Positions 23,402 through 32,959 of a stretch of 32,959 bases of DNA are shown here, piece by piece. The position numbers and the translations under genes were made by a program. Positions within the stretch are counted from its first letter, which is position 1. Each line of letters begins with the position of its first letter. Under the pieces are notes generated by a model. The model had not been told where the DNA came from and ran no database searches. It saw only the letters and a list, made by a program, of their open reading frames with translations. The DNA is from a virus (Duplodnaviria > Caudoviricetes): positions 1-32,959 of the IMG/VR virus record IMGVR_UViG_3300020045_016384; one strand, 5' to 3'.

Positions 23402-26400
23402 GGTTCTTCGCCTGGGAACTCACCATCACGAATAATCTCAAGAATAATATTTACATCGAGATTTCTTGTAGCGCCTAAAGAATCTGTGGCAACAACATTG
23501 TAAATATATTCTGGTGCAAAACGTGTGCCAGTTCTACTGAAAGTTGCAGTGGCAGTGCTCAAACCTGTTGCCGTATGTGCCAGTGTGCCACTTACCAAAG
23601 TCCACGCGTAAGTCCAAGGCCCAGTGCCGAAAGATGCGACAGCAGTGCTTGATCCTGAAACTGTTATTGGCGCGTAGGCGGTTGTGTGATCGACCGCATA
23701 AACATCATTCGCCGTCAAATCAGAACCAGTGATAAAACGTTGCAGTGTGACATCGCGTGTAGCAGATGCCAGTAGCCCGTCACCGTCAACACCTGTTACT
23801 TTCCATGTCTGCGTCACGTTGTAAGCAGATACACCATCAGGGATGCTTAGATCGAGTGTGCTACTTGTCAAACCAGCATCATCGAATGACGTGCCGCTAG
23901 TGCCGACACGTTCCCACACGAAGTCCACAAAAGATGTGTAACCTGTTGCATTGGCCGTCAAAGTGATTGATGGGTGAGAAGGTGTTGCACCATCAGTGTC
24001 GGAACTAGCAGATGCAGGATCAGGGGTAATCGTGATGGAGAATGGGGACGACAAAGTGAAATTGTAAAACCATTGCACACCTGTGTTATTGGTAGTCAAC
24101 CTTACAACGTCTGTTCGTCCCGCGCCATCGGATACAACATAAGGTACACCATCGACCGGAACGCAGCTTGAAGGAAATCCAAAAGTAAATGAACCAGTGT
24201 TTGTGATTTCAATTGAAATTTCATCTTGCGGTGCAACGTTAATAAACACTACTTGCGCAGGATCGATATTTTCAACAAGCAATAATCTAAATTGTGTGAA
24301 ACGGCAATCGATTACAAGTAGGCCACTATCGTTCAACGCAAGATCGATAGTTGGAAAAACTGCATCGCTTATGAACATCGCATCCGACACAACGCTTGGG
24401 CCTGTAAGCCCTTGGCTGTTGGTCGCCCATACGCGAACACGATAAGTGCCAGTGAACGCATTATCCCATTCATCATTGCTGCTATCGCGATGGTATATCT
24501 GACTCCAATTACCATTATCTTTTTGCCATTGCACGCCATAGCCTGTAGCGCCTGGTACGTTCTCCCAGTCTGCAAATAAAACATTCGCAGCAACACCATG
24601 ACCATAGCGAATATTGTTTACTACAGTGAGCCCAGTTGGCCTTGCCAGCACAGGGCGATTGGATATTGGTAAATCAGGTATTGGCGTACCGTCTTCGATA
24701 AGATCGAATTTGTAAGGGTTATGTTTTAATGCTGCCACTTCGTAACCTGGGCCTTCAGAACTTTCAGTGACAGCCAGCACGCGGAATGTCTGCGCATACA
24801 ATTCGCTAGATTCAATAAGCCATATCGCATTTTTTTCCGGCAAGCCAGATAATGCTGTTGACAAAACCACATGGTTTGTCGTGATGCTATCGACAGTCGC
24901 AGACGACAAAGTGCCATCGGCCATCATTACCGACACTGTATCGCCTGGTGCGCCAATGACTGTCGAATCTGCATAAAACTCCGTAGTGCTGATTGGATTG
25001 GATACGCGACCGCCCATGCGCTTACCTGCGCGCAGTCGATCAGCTATTTTTATGATCTTACCTGGCGCGGCCAATGCACCATCCATGCCGACATCAAAAC
25101 TGGCAACTTCAGTTTCCAATCGCTCAGAAATTAAAATGTATTTTCCTTGGCGGCGAGCTTGGCCGCGTGATGTGCAACCAAGAGCAATCACTTGTGTTTC
25201 TTGAATACCGTATTTAGCAATACCTTCTGGGTCTTCAATATATTCGACGCGTGTGCGGCCAAAATTGGACATGTCATTCCATGACACCAATGCCACAGTA
25301 TGTCGAACTTTTTTAGAGCTACCGGAATATTTGAACTTGCCATTTTTTACATTGGCGTTCGTATAAAGTAAAGTTGGGTCTTCAGGCATATCGGCAACAG
25401 CAGTTATATTGCCGGATGCGACATAACTAATGCCGCGAAACATCGTAGCCATGTCCTGCATGAAACGATAAGCGTCTTGGCGAACCTGATAATAAACATT
25501 AGCAGTAAATCGCGGCTCAACACCGCCCAAACCATCATCGATAAATTCATCACAATAGACGCCGATGCTATAAAGTTTCCATTTGTTTATTTGTTCGATA
25601 GGTAATATGTGACCAAGGCCGTAGCGATCATTAATTGCCATATCGTAGTAAACCCATGCAGGATTATTGGAATATGCAATTTGAAAAGTTCCGTCCCAGA
25701 TACCATCATACAGACGAGTTTCAGGATCGTAGTTCGATGGTACTTTAATCAATCTTCCCTTCATGTGGAAAGCGCGCGAAGGTATGCTTGGAAATTGTTT
25801 AGCGTCAACAATTGTTGAAACCAAAGCACTCATGGGCATGCGCAATTTAGCATCGACAATTTCAGTTATCGATTCTACTGCGGTGGTACCTTGCTCGGTT
25901 GAAGAAGTTGTATTTGGAGTTGTTCGACTGACGCGCACTGTCCAACCATCTGCGCTTGGTGGTAAATCGATACGATGCGAACGTTCGTACTTGGTGGTAG
26001 TTTTGCCAGTGAATGAATTTTCAAGCTTGGTCACGAAAGCGCCAACCCCAGTTTGCAATTCAATTTTATAGCCAACGCTATTACCATTGATATCACCGTT
26101 TGTTGGATCGGCTTTGGTCAATGCCAAAACTGCAATCCTTACTCTTATCGCAGTTACCGCAATGTTGCTAATGACTTGAGTGTACGCAGCTTCTGTACGT
26201 AACTCGAAGCCAACGGCAATTTCGTTTTCAACACCTTCAAATCCATTTATGTAATCTTGATCTTGGGTACCAACACGACTATCGATTTGAAAGTTAGTAA
26301 AGTTCTGCGTGCCATCGGCATTCTCAACTGGAACTTCGCTAAGATATATACAGCGCATTGGATGATCGCGATCTGCGAAACCATAAATCTCACCTTCGCT

Positions 26401-26517
26401 AACAAGGTCAAGTATTTTTGCGTAGGCGATACTATGCAGGCTATCCGGGGCTTCGATAGGAGTGCGTTGTTCCCCGCCAGCTGCTTTACCGCCACCACTG
26501 CCACGAACATCTTTCAT
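23398..26517 (-). CDS. J: Tail tip / central fibre protein (lambda gpJ-like host-specificity protein)
   Basis: GSGGGK...EAPDSL.S, DLVSEGEI.G, YSNNPAW, EPRF and GCTSRGQARR.G; FN3 domain; start at 26517 after the gpI stop. Confidence 0.92.
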   Translation of the reverse strand: MKDVRGSGGGKAAGGEQRTPIEAPDSLHSIAYAKILDLVSEGEIYGFADRDHPMRCIYLSEVPVENADGTQNFTNFQIDSRVGTQDQDYINGFEGVENEIAVGFELRTEAAYTQVISNIAVTAIRVRIAVLALTKADPTNGDINGNSVGYKIELQTGVGAFVTKLENSFTGKTTTKYERSHRIDLPPSADGWTVRVSRTTPNTTSSTEQGTTAVESITEIVDAKLRMPMSALVSTIVDAKQFPSIPSRAFHMKGRLIKVPSNYDPETRLYDGIWDGTFQIAYSNNPAWVYYDMAINDRYGLGHILPIEQINKWKLYSIGVYCDEFIDDGLGGVEPRFTANVYYQVRQDAYRFMQDMATMFRGISYVASGNITAVADMPEDPTLLYTNANVKNGKFKYSGSSKKVRHTVALVSWNDMSNFGRTRVEYIEDPEGIAKYGIQETQVIALGCTSRGQARRQGKYILISERLETEVASFDVGMDGALAAPGKIIKIADRLRAGKRMGGRVSNPISTTEFYADSTVIGAPGDTVSVMMADGTLSSATVDSITTNHVVLSTALSGLPEKNAIWLIESSELYAQTFRVLAVTESSEGPGYEVAALKHNPYKFDLIEDGTPIPDLPISNRPVLARPTGLTVVNNIRYGHGVAANVLFADWENVPGATGYGVQWQKDNGNWSQIYHRDSSNDEWDNAFTGTYRVRVWATNSQGLTGPSVVSDAMFISDAVFPTIDLALNDSGLLVIDCRFTQFRLLLVENIDPAQVVFINVAPQDEISIEITNTGSFTFGFPSSCVPVDGVPYVVSDGAGRTDVVRLTTNNTGVQWFYNFTLSSPFSITITPDPASASSDTDGATPSHPSITLTANATGYTSFVDFVWERVGTSGTSFDDAGLTSSTLDLSIPDGVSAYNVTQTWKVTGVDGDGLLASATRDVTLQRFITGSDLTANDVYAVDHTTAYAPITVSGSSTAVASFGTGPWTYAWTLVSGTLAHTATGLSTATATFSRTGTRFAPEYIYNVVATDSLGATRNLDVNIILEIIRDGEFPGEEP

Positions 26518-26518
26518 T

Positions 26519-27193
26519 TTATACGCTCTCGAATTGACCAATCCAACCAGGTAAACCATTACCGCCAGTGCCGCCGCTACCAACTGATCCGCTATTATCT
26601 GGAATGTATGCCTGATCGACTGCATTGATACCGGCAGAAATAACTGCACTGCCAATAAATAATTCACCGTAAAGCACTGGCACAGGATTCCCTTGAGCTT
26701 GCGTATTTACCGGCCCACTGAAAGTATAGCTAGGAGTATTTTCTGGCCGCTCACGCGCGTTCGGGCCTTTTGGCACAGGTGTCAATAATTGAATCACTCC
26801 ACCAACAACCAAGCCGATACCCATTTTGATTAACACTGGGCCAATCGGAAAGCCGAAGTAGGTAAGCACTGCGCCGATAACAATCAGAACGATGCCTGCG
26901 ATTACCTGGAAGACACCATTTTTTTTACTACCTTGCACAATGGGTGCGAAACGAATTGCCTTATCACCTGCGCAATTACGAAGTTCTTCTTGGTGAATAT
27001 TATTTTTGCCGTAGAAAACTGCATAGCTCAAACCATTTTCTTTGGAGTCCATAAGAAACTTTTCAAAGCCTGGAAATTGCGAACACATGGCAGAAACAGC
27101 TTCGGCAGCACTGCTAACTGCAAAGCGATGTATGCGGCCAAATTTTTTGCCGAGAACACCATACAGCTGAATTGTTTTAAGCTCGCTTTCCAT
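26519..27193 (-). CDS. I: Tail assembly protein (lambda gpI-like)
   Basis: LYGVLGKKFGR, PSYTFSGPVNT.AQGNPVPVLYGE and GSAVISAG. Confidence 0.92.
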   Translation of the reverse strand: MESELKTIQLYGVLGKKFGRIHRFAVSSAAEAVSAMCSQFPGFEKFLMDSKENGLSYAVFYGKNNIHQEELRNCAGDKAIRFAPIVQGSKKNGVFQVIAGIVLIVIGAVLTYFGFPIGPVLIKMGIGLVVGGVIQLLTPVPKGPNARERPENTPSYTFSGPVNTQAQGNPVPVLYGELFIGSAVISAGINAVDQAYIPDNSGSVGSGGTGGNGLPGWIGQFESV

Positions 27194-27929
27194 TTACGAC
27201 CCCTTTATGCCTACCAATACGCCGCGTTATCTCTTGCCAATAACCATCGTAAATATCACGACTACTTAAACGACCGGATACATGATGCAGCATTTGCCCA
27301 TTTCCAACATATACGCCAACATGATTTGTTTTTTGCGAACGTAATTGCATGAAAATAACATCACCAACTTGCAACTTACGATCCAGCACATCCACAAAAC
27401 CGCCGACTTCAAAATTTTCCATATACAAATCTTGGCCGTTATCCCACCAATGATTTTTACTATCGGGACGAATTAACTCGATACCGTATTCTCGCTTGAA
27501 GTAATCGTACATCAAAGTATGGCAATCTAAAACTCCATACGTGAAAACCCTACCAACATAGGGTGCCTGGTATCCAGATGGCTTGAAACTGCGAATATCT
27601 TTCGAGACTGGTTCTTTAGTAACGTCATCAAGCAGCACCGAAACTATGTGCCATTCAAGGCCCAATGCTTCACACATGGTCAGGTCACATTGACTTGGCA
27701 CAGACGTTGTATTTGGATGCGAATGAACTACGGCAACCATTTCTCCCAATTCTTCAGCGCGCGCGAATTGTTCACCGCTAATATAGAAATCCGAAGTCGG
27801 ATCATCGGCTTCATTGACGCATTCAAAATAAATTTCGCGCCCGTTCAAAATAATTATGAAGCCACAACATTCTTGCGGATACATTTTTTCAGCATGCGCG
27901 CGAATGCTATTTTCAGATTTCTTGTTCAT
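27177..27929 (-). CDS. K: Tail assembly protein (lambda gpK-like; MPN/JAB + NlpC/P60)
   Basis: YPQECCG, HSHP...PS..D, GVLDC, NHVGVY and MLHH. Confidence 0.92.
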   Translation of the reverse strand: MNKKSENSIRAHAEKMYPQECCGFIIILNGREIYFECVNEADDPTSDFYISGEQFARAEELGEMVAVVHSHPNTTSVPSQCDLTMCEALGLEWHIVSVLLDDVTKEPVSKDIRSFKPSGYQAPYVGRVFTYGVLDCHTLMYDYFKREYGIELIRPDSKNHWWDNGQDLYMENFEVGGFVDVLDRKLQVGDVIFMQLRSQKTNHVGVYVGNGQMLHHVSGRLSSRDIYDGYWQEITRRIGRHKGVVNGKRA

Positions 27930-28615
27930 TGCCGAATTAATCCGGCAGCTGGAAATCCTGCAAAATTCAAAACGTTGTCAGGCCAATCTCGCAAACGGCA
28001 ACTGGCTAATTTTTTACCGCAGCGATCCAAGTCTGGGTCGCTAGTCGGATTGTCTTGAGCATCCGCAACGGGATCGCCCGTATAGCCACATAAAGCGCCC
28101 CGGTAGATAGCGGGGCAATAATCGGCAATTATGGGCCTGCGCGGCAGCATGATGCCTTGGAAGTTGAGCGCAGAACTAAGCTCAAATTCGATTACTTCTT
28201 CATTTTCACCAGCTTTGCGTTCGATATAGAAAATATCAGGCGGGAACTCTTGGGTCGGATCAGCAGTTGGATTAGCTTCTGCGAAATTGGCCGAGTCCAA
28301 ATACTTCACCATCGTTCTCCGGCGTGTAATTTTAGCTCCAACAAAATCATCAAATGCCAAACACAACGCGCTCAAGGAACCATCGATATTACCAAACGTC
28401 AATTTGGGAACAGGCTGTTGGTCAGAAGTCAATGAGAAACCTTCAGCTTTCATAGGCCAATGGAAGTATTCGTTTTCTTGCCAAAATATTGACCCATCAT
28501 TGTGACCATGAAAACGAATAATGCCGGAACCAATTTCTGTAGCATCCAATTCTAACAGTTCGACCATTCCGCCAGGATTCAGCGCCATCATGTCTGCGAT
28601 AATGCCCATACTCAA
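27926..28615 (-). CDS. L: Minor tail protein (lambda gpL-like)
   Basis: KYLDSANF...NPTADP and FELSS; Cys set C...YRG..CGY...D.C.K....C; F.GFP. Confidence 0.93.
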   Translation of the reverse strand: MSMGIIADMMALNPGGMVELLELDATEIGSGIIRFHGHNDGSIFWQENEYFHWPMKAEGFSLTSDQQPVPKLTFGNIDGSLSALCLAFDDFVGAKITRRRTMVKYLDSANFAEANPTADPTQEFPPDIFYIERKAGENEEVIEFELSSALNFQGIMLPRRPIIADYCPAIYRGALCGYTGDPVADAQDNPTSDPDLDRCGKKLASCRLRDWPDNVLNFAGFPAAGLIRQ

Positions 28616-28968
28616 ATCTCCACTGGCTCATGCTCGATGCCAAACACTTGCACAAAATCCATTGTGACCGTGTAAAACATTCCGCCAACATTAGTCAATC
28701 TGCATTGGCCGACCAGTTTGTAAAAACCAATATCGGCAAGTGGTGGCTTCCAATAAAAAGCCTTACCTTTGTTTGTACGCATGAAATTTAATATTTCATC
28801 GATAACAGGCTTGTATCCTACAGAAACAACAGTCCATTTAATCAATTCCGCATTTATACCAAGTGAGACTTTTTGGAAATAACCGTCACCATAAGGGATC
28901 GAGCGAACAGCAAATTCTCCGGCACCATCGCTTGCCGTTGTTATGCGCCAAGTATATGTGTCAGTCAT
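28612..28968 (-). CDS. M: Distal tail protein (lambda gpM-like)
   Basis: TYTW, YGDGY.Q...GIN, F.WKPP and F.QVF; lies between the TMP and gpL; TAATG overlap. Confidence 0.9.
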   Translation of the reverse strand: MTDTYTWRITTASDGAGEFAVRSIPYGDGYFQKVSLGINAELIKWTVVSVGYKPVIDEILNFMRTNKGKAFYWKPPLADIGFYKLVGQCRLTNVGGMFYTVTMDFVQVFGIEHEPVEI

Positions 28969-31900
28969 TACACCGATACTCCAACTTTCCACAAACTGCC
29001 GCCAGGTTGCATGGCTCTTTGGATTTCTTGATTTGCAACATTTTTCATACGATCAGTAAATTCATTAATTGCACTGCTATTTTCAGAATCGGTATTCTTA
29101 TTGTCGCTCGATGATTTACCGTTACTATTTAGCGTTGTATTGATATTGACCTGAATGTTGGAGTTGCTTGTGACACCTGCCGATTTACCACTGACGATTG
29201 GGGAAATGGGTGAAATAGAAGTGGTACCCGCTGGTGACGATTTGCCAATGCTACCAATGGCACTGCCGATGCCGGAACCTGTTGATTCCCCGGCACCGCC
29301 ACCACCGCTACTACCGACACTTGAAGTGCCGACACCGAAGGCATTCAATATCAAGTTCACAAAAGCAACTACAGCTTGCTTGATTAGAAAGGCAGCAATC
29401 TGTTTCAAAATGTCGGCCAACATATCTTTCCAAGCCAATTTGCCCGTAGTGGCGGCGTCAACCAGACCATCGACAATCGTATCCATTGCACGTTGAGTGA
29501 TCGCTGCGGTTTGTTCGGCGACAGTACCGGCCTGATCGACCCACTGCTTGATGCCTTTTTTCAAACCACCCAGCCAGTCTTCACCGGCTTGTGCAGCCTT
29601 ATCGTAAAAACGATTTATTTCTTTTAATTTTTCCTCATTACTTTTCTTCAACGCTTCCAAATCAGCATCGTAAACTTCTTGGGTAATGCTGCCACGCGCA
29701 AGTTCATTATTTAACTTTTGCAATTCGCGCGTGAAGTCAGCAGTGATCGATATCAACTGAGCTTGCTTTTCATATTCTTTGTCACTCAAGGCAATACGCA
29801 GCAACTTAAGATCGTTTTGCTGTTTGAGAGCAAGCGTTGTGTTGTCCAAAGATTGCTTATAGGCTTCGATGGCCTGCTTTTGTTTTAGCGCACGATCATC
29901 TTCTTGAATACCAAGAATTTTAAGAGTTGTTGCAGCATCGGCACGAACTTTAGTTAGTTGTGATTCGAGTGTTGCCAATTGGCGCTGATTATCAATCGAA
30001 TCTTTACCAGTGATGTTACGTTCACGAAGCACTGCTATCTGACCAGTTATAGCTTTTTCTTGAGCGGCCATATCTTGCTCAACCAATTGCTTCGACTTGG
30101 CGTAAAACTCACTCGCACTGATTAGCTTAGCATTGAACTCAGCTTGCAAAATTCGACTATTGTTTTGAATTGCAGATTGCTCTTCAGATAATTGATCTTT
30201 GAATTGTTGCAAGTCAGCTTTGTTGTTTGCATTATCTATGGCACGTATGGTTGCCGATTGGTCTTTCGGTTTCTTTGCACCTTTAGCTATAATTTCTTTT
30301 TCAAGTAGTTCGGCATTATCCCTAATTGTTTTAGCTAATGCTTTGTCACCGGCAATTTCCGCATTCTTGATAGCTTCGCGTGTTTCCCCACGAAGTTTGA
30401 TGATAGCAGCTGCACGTTTTTGTTCATCGGACTGGTATTGCACCAATTCGTTACGAATAGCTATTGACGCTTCATTCGCGCGTTGCTTCGCTTGATCTGC
30501 AATTTTATTTTTAGCGCCAGGATCATTAGCGATAGTGGATTCAGCAGAAGCAATTGCACGCTTAGCATCAGCCACATTTTTTTCTAATTGCGGGATGTCG
30601 AAAAAGCCTTTAAATGTGGCAGTTTTTGCTTCCGCCAATTTTGCTTGTGAAAATGCAAGTTCTTTCTGAGCCGCGCTTAATTCACGCGCGGCTTTCTGTA
30701 CGGCAGTAGTGTCGCTAACTGCAAATTTAATACTGTCCCACGCATCAAGCACGTCCAACTTCAAACGCTTCCATGCAGAAGACATTAAGTTCACGTTCTT
30801 GATAACTTCGGTTGATCGCTGAGCTAAAACTTCGCTACCAGTTTTAATAGCAAGATCGACGGCTTCTTGTTCGCGACCTTGATCTTGCAATGCTTTTATT
30901 TGCTGATAAACCGCATCAGTTAGGAAATGATATTTTTCATTTAATTCCAATATACCTTTTACTGGGTCTTTGGAAAGACGTGCGAAATCGGCAATCGTGG
31001 CATCGATAGCTTGACCTGTTGCTTGCTCGAATAGAATTGCAGCGCGTGCAACTTCAGTAAGTTGGTCAGCTGTGAATTTACCTGACAACGCTACTTGCAC
31101 TACTGCCGCATTTGCAGTACCGGCAGAAATGCCGAGTTTTTCAAGTGATTGTGCGGTTGCGACCAGTTGACCTTCAGTGGCACCTAAGCCTGGGCCAGCC
31201 AGTGTCACGGCATTGGCGAAAGCCCTTGCTTCCTTGTCGGCCTGATTCCATGCGACAGCAGCCGTAGCGATCACTGCGGCCAAAACGGTATAAGGGTTCA
31301 CCAAAGCCAGCAATTGCCCACCGAGCGCCTTGGCGGCAGGCACGATGCCGCCAAACAAGTCTTTCAACTGACCGCCTTGTTGAAGCAATACGGTCAAGGG
31401 ATTCTGACCCCCTTGGAGAGATACCGCGATGTCGGTTATCTGGGCCGGTACGCCGCGTAGTGCTGCCGCTACCTGCTTGGTACTAAGGCCATAGGCATTG
31501 AGCTTCGTGGTGGTACCAAATAGTGCGTTCTCTTGAGCCTTGAGTGCTGCGATCTGCGGGGCGAGCCTGGAAGTCAAACCTAACTCAGCGGCTTCAAGCT
31601 CCAACAGTTCTGATCGTGTCTTGCCAATAGCAGCAGCTTGTTTTTCGACACTGCGAACGAATGCGTCTTGTCGCGCTGCATTTTCCGTTTCTTTGGCAGC
31701 TTTCGATAGATTTTCACGGATTGCTTTTATTTTAGCATCGACTGCACTAAGCAATGGTGTATCGACACCTTTTTGCGCGGCTTTAAAAATACGAAATTGG
31801 TCATTTGTTTTATCGATACCTTCAGCATAGTTAAGCAAACTGGTCGCAGCTTTTTTGCTTTGACCAGATGCTTGAGCAAATGCCTCTTCTGCCGCTTTAC

Positions 31901-32009
31901 CTAAACCATCGGATAAATTTTTGGCTTTCGATATCGACGCTTCGTAATCGGTAAGATTAACTGCAATGTCTAACCGAGCGGTGCCTAACGAAGTGTCTGT
32001 GCCAGCCAT
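28968..32009 (-). CDS. Tape measure protein
   Basis: About 1013 aa, Ala-rich and helical; PAQITDIAVSLQGGQNPLTVLLQQGGQLKD motif; C-terminal PGGSL. Confidence 0.93.
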   Translation of the reverse strand: MAGTDTSLGTARLDIAVNLTDYEASISKAKNLSDGLGKAAEEAFAQASGQSKKAATSLLNYAEGIDKTNDQFRIFKAAQKGVDTPLLSAVDAKIKAIRENLSKAAKETENAARQDAFVRSVEKQAAAIGKTRSELLELEAAELGLTSRLAPQIAALKAQENALFGTTTKLNAYGLSTKQVAAALRGVPAQITDIAVSLQGGQNPLTVLLQQGGQLKDLFGGIVPAAKALGGQLLALVNPYTVLAAVIATAAVAWNQADKEARAFANAVTLAGPGLGATEGQLVATAQSLEKLGISAGTANAAVVQVALSGKFTADQLTEVARAAILFEQATGQAIDATIADFARLSKDPVKGILELNEKYHFLTDAVYQQIKALQDQGREQEAVDLAIKTGSEVLAQRSTEVIKNVNLMSSAWKRLKLDVLDAWDSIKFAVSDTTAVQKAARELSAAQKELAFSQAKLAEAKTATFKGFFDIPQLEKNVADAKRAIASAESTIANDPGAKNKIADQAKQRANEASIAIRNELVQYQSDEQKRAAAIIKLRGETREAIKNAEIAGDKALAKTIRDNAELLEKEIIAKGAKKPKDQSATIRAIDNANNKADLQQFKDQLSEEQSAIQNNSRILQAEFNAKLISASEFYAKSKQLVEQDMAAQEKAITGQIAVLRERNITGKDSIDNQRQLATLESQLTKVRADAATTLKILGIQEDDRALKQKQAIEAYKQSLDNTTLALKQQNDLKLLRIALSDKEYEKQAQLISITADFTRELQKLNNELARGSITQEVYDADLEALKKSNEEKLKEINRFYDKAAQAGEDWLGGLKKGIKQWVDQAGTVAEQTAAITQRAMDTIVDGLVDAATTGKLAWKDMLADILKQIAAFLIKQAVVAFVNLILNAFGVGTSSVGSSGGGGAGESTGSGIGSAIGSIGKSSPAGTTSISPISPIVSGKSAGVTSNSNIQVNINTTLNSNGKSSSDNKNTDSENSSAINEFTDRMKNVANQEIQRAMQPGGSLWKVGVSV

Positions 32010-32014
32010 GTTTT

Positions 32015-32263
32015 TCACCGTTTATGTATGTTGGTTAAAGCGGCCATTTCTACAACTCGAAAATCGTGAATGTATTGCTCGAAGGCGTCACCTTCTATTT
32101 TCTTCCGATTCAAGTAATGGTGCAAAATGTTGTAGTCAAAACCGACTGGCCCATTTGCCGCAACTCTCCATTGACTTGAATAAGTTCGGAAGAAATCCAA
32201 CACTTCCCAATTCTCATTCCAAACTTCTACATCCGGTTCCACATAATCGCTAGGTTTATACAT
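32015..32263 (-). CDS. Tail assembly chaperone, frameshift-extension part (gpT/DUF1799-like)
   Basis: VWNENW...F....SQWR...GPVGFDY; the frame is open back to the slippery site. Confidence 0.8.
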   Translation of the reverse strand: MYKPSDYVEPDVEVWNENWEVLDFFRTYSSQWRVAANGPVGFDYNILHHYLNRKKIEGDAFEQYIHDFRVVEMAALTNIHKR

Positions 32264-32319
32264 GGTTCCTTCTAACTCTGCGGCGGTTGGACGTTCCCAA
32301 TAAAGAACTTCTACCGCCG

Positions 32320-32622
32320 CTACGAGTTTTTTTCTTTTGCTACCCTGCGTGCTTCGTGATAACCGTAAATCAAAGCCACCACCATGCCGGGACGATCATT
32401 TTCAACTTCACGAATACCTTCAAGAGTGCAAGGGTATTCTGATTCCCAATCTTTCAGAATAAATGCCAATGTTTCGGCAGGTTCTTCTGGGTTTGCCGCA
32501 AGGTGTTTGTCAAGTTCGGATTGCGGCTTATTGTGATACGTGACATTGAACTTGAACTCTTCACCCTGGCCTTTGATAGCCAGGGTGGTTTTGATTTCTT
32601 CCACAAGTGTACGTTTAAGCAT
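32320..32622 (-). CDS. Tail assembly chaperone (gpG-like)
   Basis: Lies between the major tail protein and the TMP; GGAG RBS; ends KEKNS. Confidence 0.85.
   Translation of the reverse strand: MLKRTLVEEIKTTLAIKGQGEEFKFNVTYHNKPQSELDKHLAANPEEPAETLAFILKDWESEYPCTLEGIREVENDRPGMVVALIYGYHEARRVAKEKNS
32326..32332 (-). other. Programmed -1 ribosomal frameshift site A-AAA-AAC
   Basis: GAA AAA AAC TCG TAG; the -1 frame reads LVAAVEVLYWERPTAAELEGT and joins MYKPSD at 32263 without a stop. Confidence 0.85.
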
Positions 32623-32623
32623 T

Positions 32624-32959
32624 TTATGCTCCAAAACGAACAGGATCGGATTCAAGCGACAGCGATGCTTGAACAGTCATGTTCTGGTTGACATCCTTTG
32701 TAGGGACTTTATTAAAGGCCAAGGTACCGACATAATAAATCGTGTCGCCGCTTGGGAGAATTTCACGGATAACGACCAAGTTTCCAAGACGATCCAATTC
32801 AATCATTTCTTCATACCAAGCCAAATCTGGATCGTAATCGAGAACAAAAGTGATCGCGCTTGCAGATTTGAATGTTGGCTTTTTGCGTTGACGACCACCT
32901 TCATCTTCAACGTATTGGTACTCGAAATAGTTTTGCTCACCACCTTCGAGTTTTACATC
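32624..32959 (-). CDS. Major tail tube protein, C-terminal part (truncated by the window edge)
   Basis: Open frame to the window end: DVKLEGGEQNYFEYQYVED...PTFKSAS.ITF..DYDP; first gene of the tail block. Confidence 0.85.
   Translation of the reverse strand, partial: DVKLEGGEQNYFEYQYVEDEGGRQRKKPTFKSASAITFVLDYDPDLAWYEEMIELDRLGNLVVIREILPSGDTIYYVGTLAFNKVPTKDVNQNMTVQASLSLESDPVRFGA

Noticed and set aside
26518-26667. Extended gpJ start at 26667
   Set aside because: It overlaps the gpI 3' end; the typical gpJ N-terminus (GSGGGK) begins right after ATG 26517.

Overview
A 33-kb segment of a tailed dsDNA phage genome. It is a siphovirus with a lambda-like gpM/L/K/I/J tail tip, and a two-component spanin points to a Gram-negative host. 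No integrase or CI-type repressor gene is recognisable in the window. From left to right: (1) 1-3524 (+), small accessory ORFs with repeated intergenic motifs. (2) 3513-9425 (-), a lysis cassette (GH19 endolysin, two holin-like membrane proteins, i/o-spanins) interrupted by tail-appendage genes. These include a collagen/YadA-head fibre and a second gpM/Dit paralogue fused to DUF11, LamG-like and SPRY-like domains. (3) 9426-9731, an AT-rich iteron-like region that is a candidate origin. (4) 9725-18358 (-), an NrS-1-like primase-polymerase/helicase, a rhomboid intramembrane protease, a CsrA-like protein, a TetR-like HTH protein, a VRR-NUC nuclease, a promoter-driven ~320-nt structured non-coding region containing a tRNA-like element, and an SF2 helicase. 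(5) 18457-23401 (+), a Cas4-like nuclease, SSB and family B DNA polymerase. (6) 23398-32959 (-), the tail operon from the major tail protein to gpJ, including the chaperone -1 frameshift. The most unusual items are the duplicated decorated Dit, the phage rhomboid, the tRNA-like RNA, the CsrA-like protein and an 11-Cys microprotein missing from the ORF track. All family calls come from motif recognition by eye; no searches were run.
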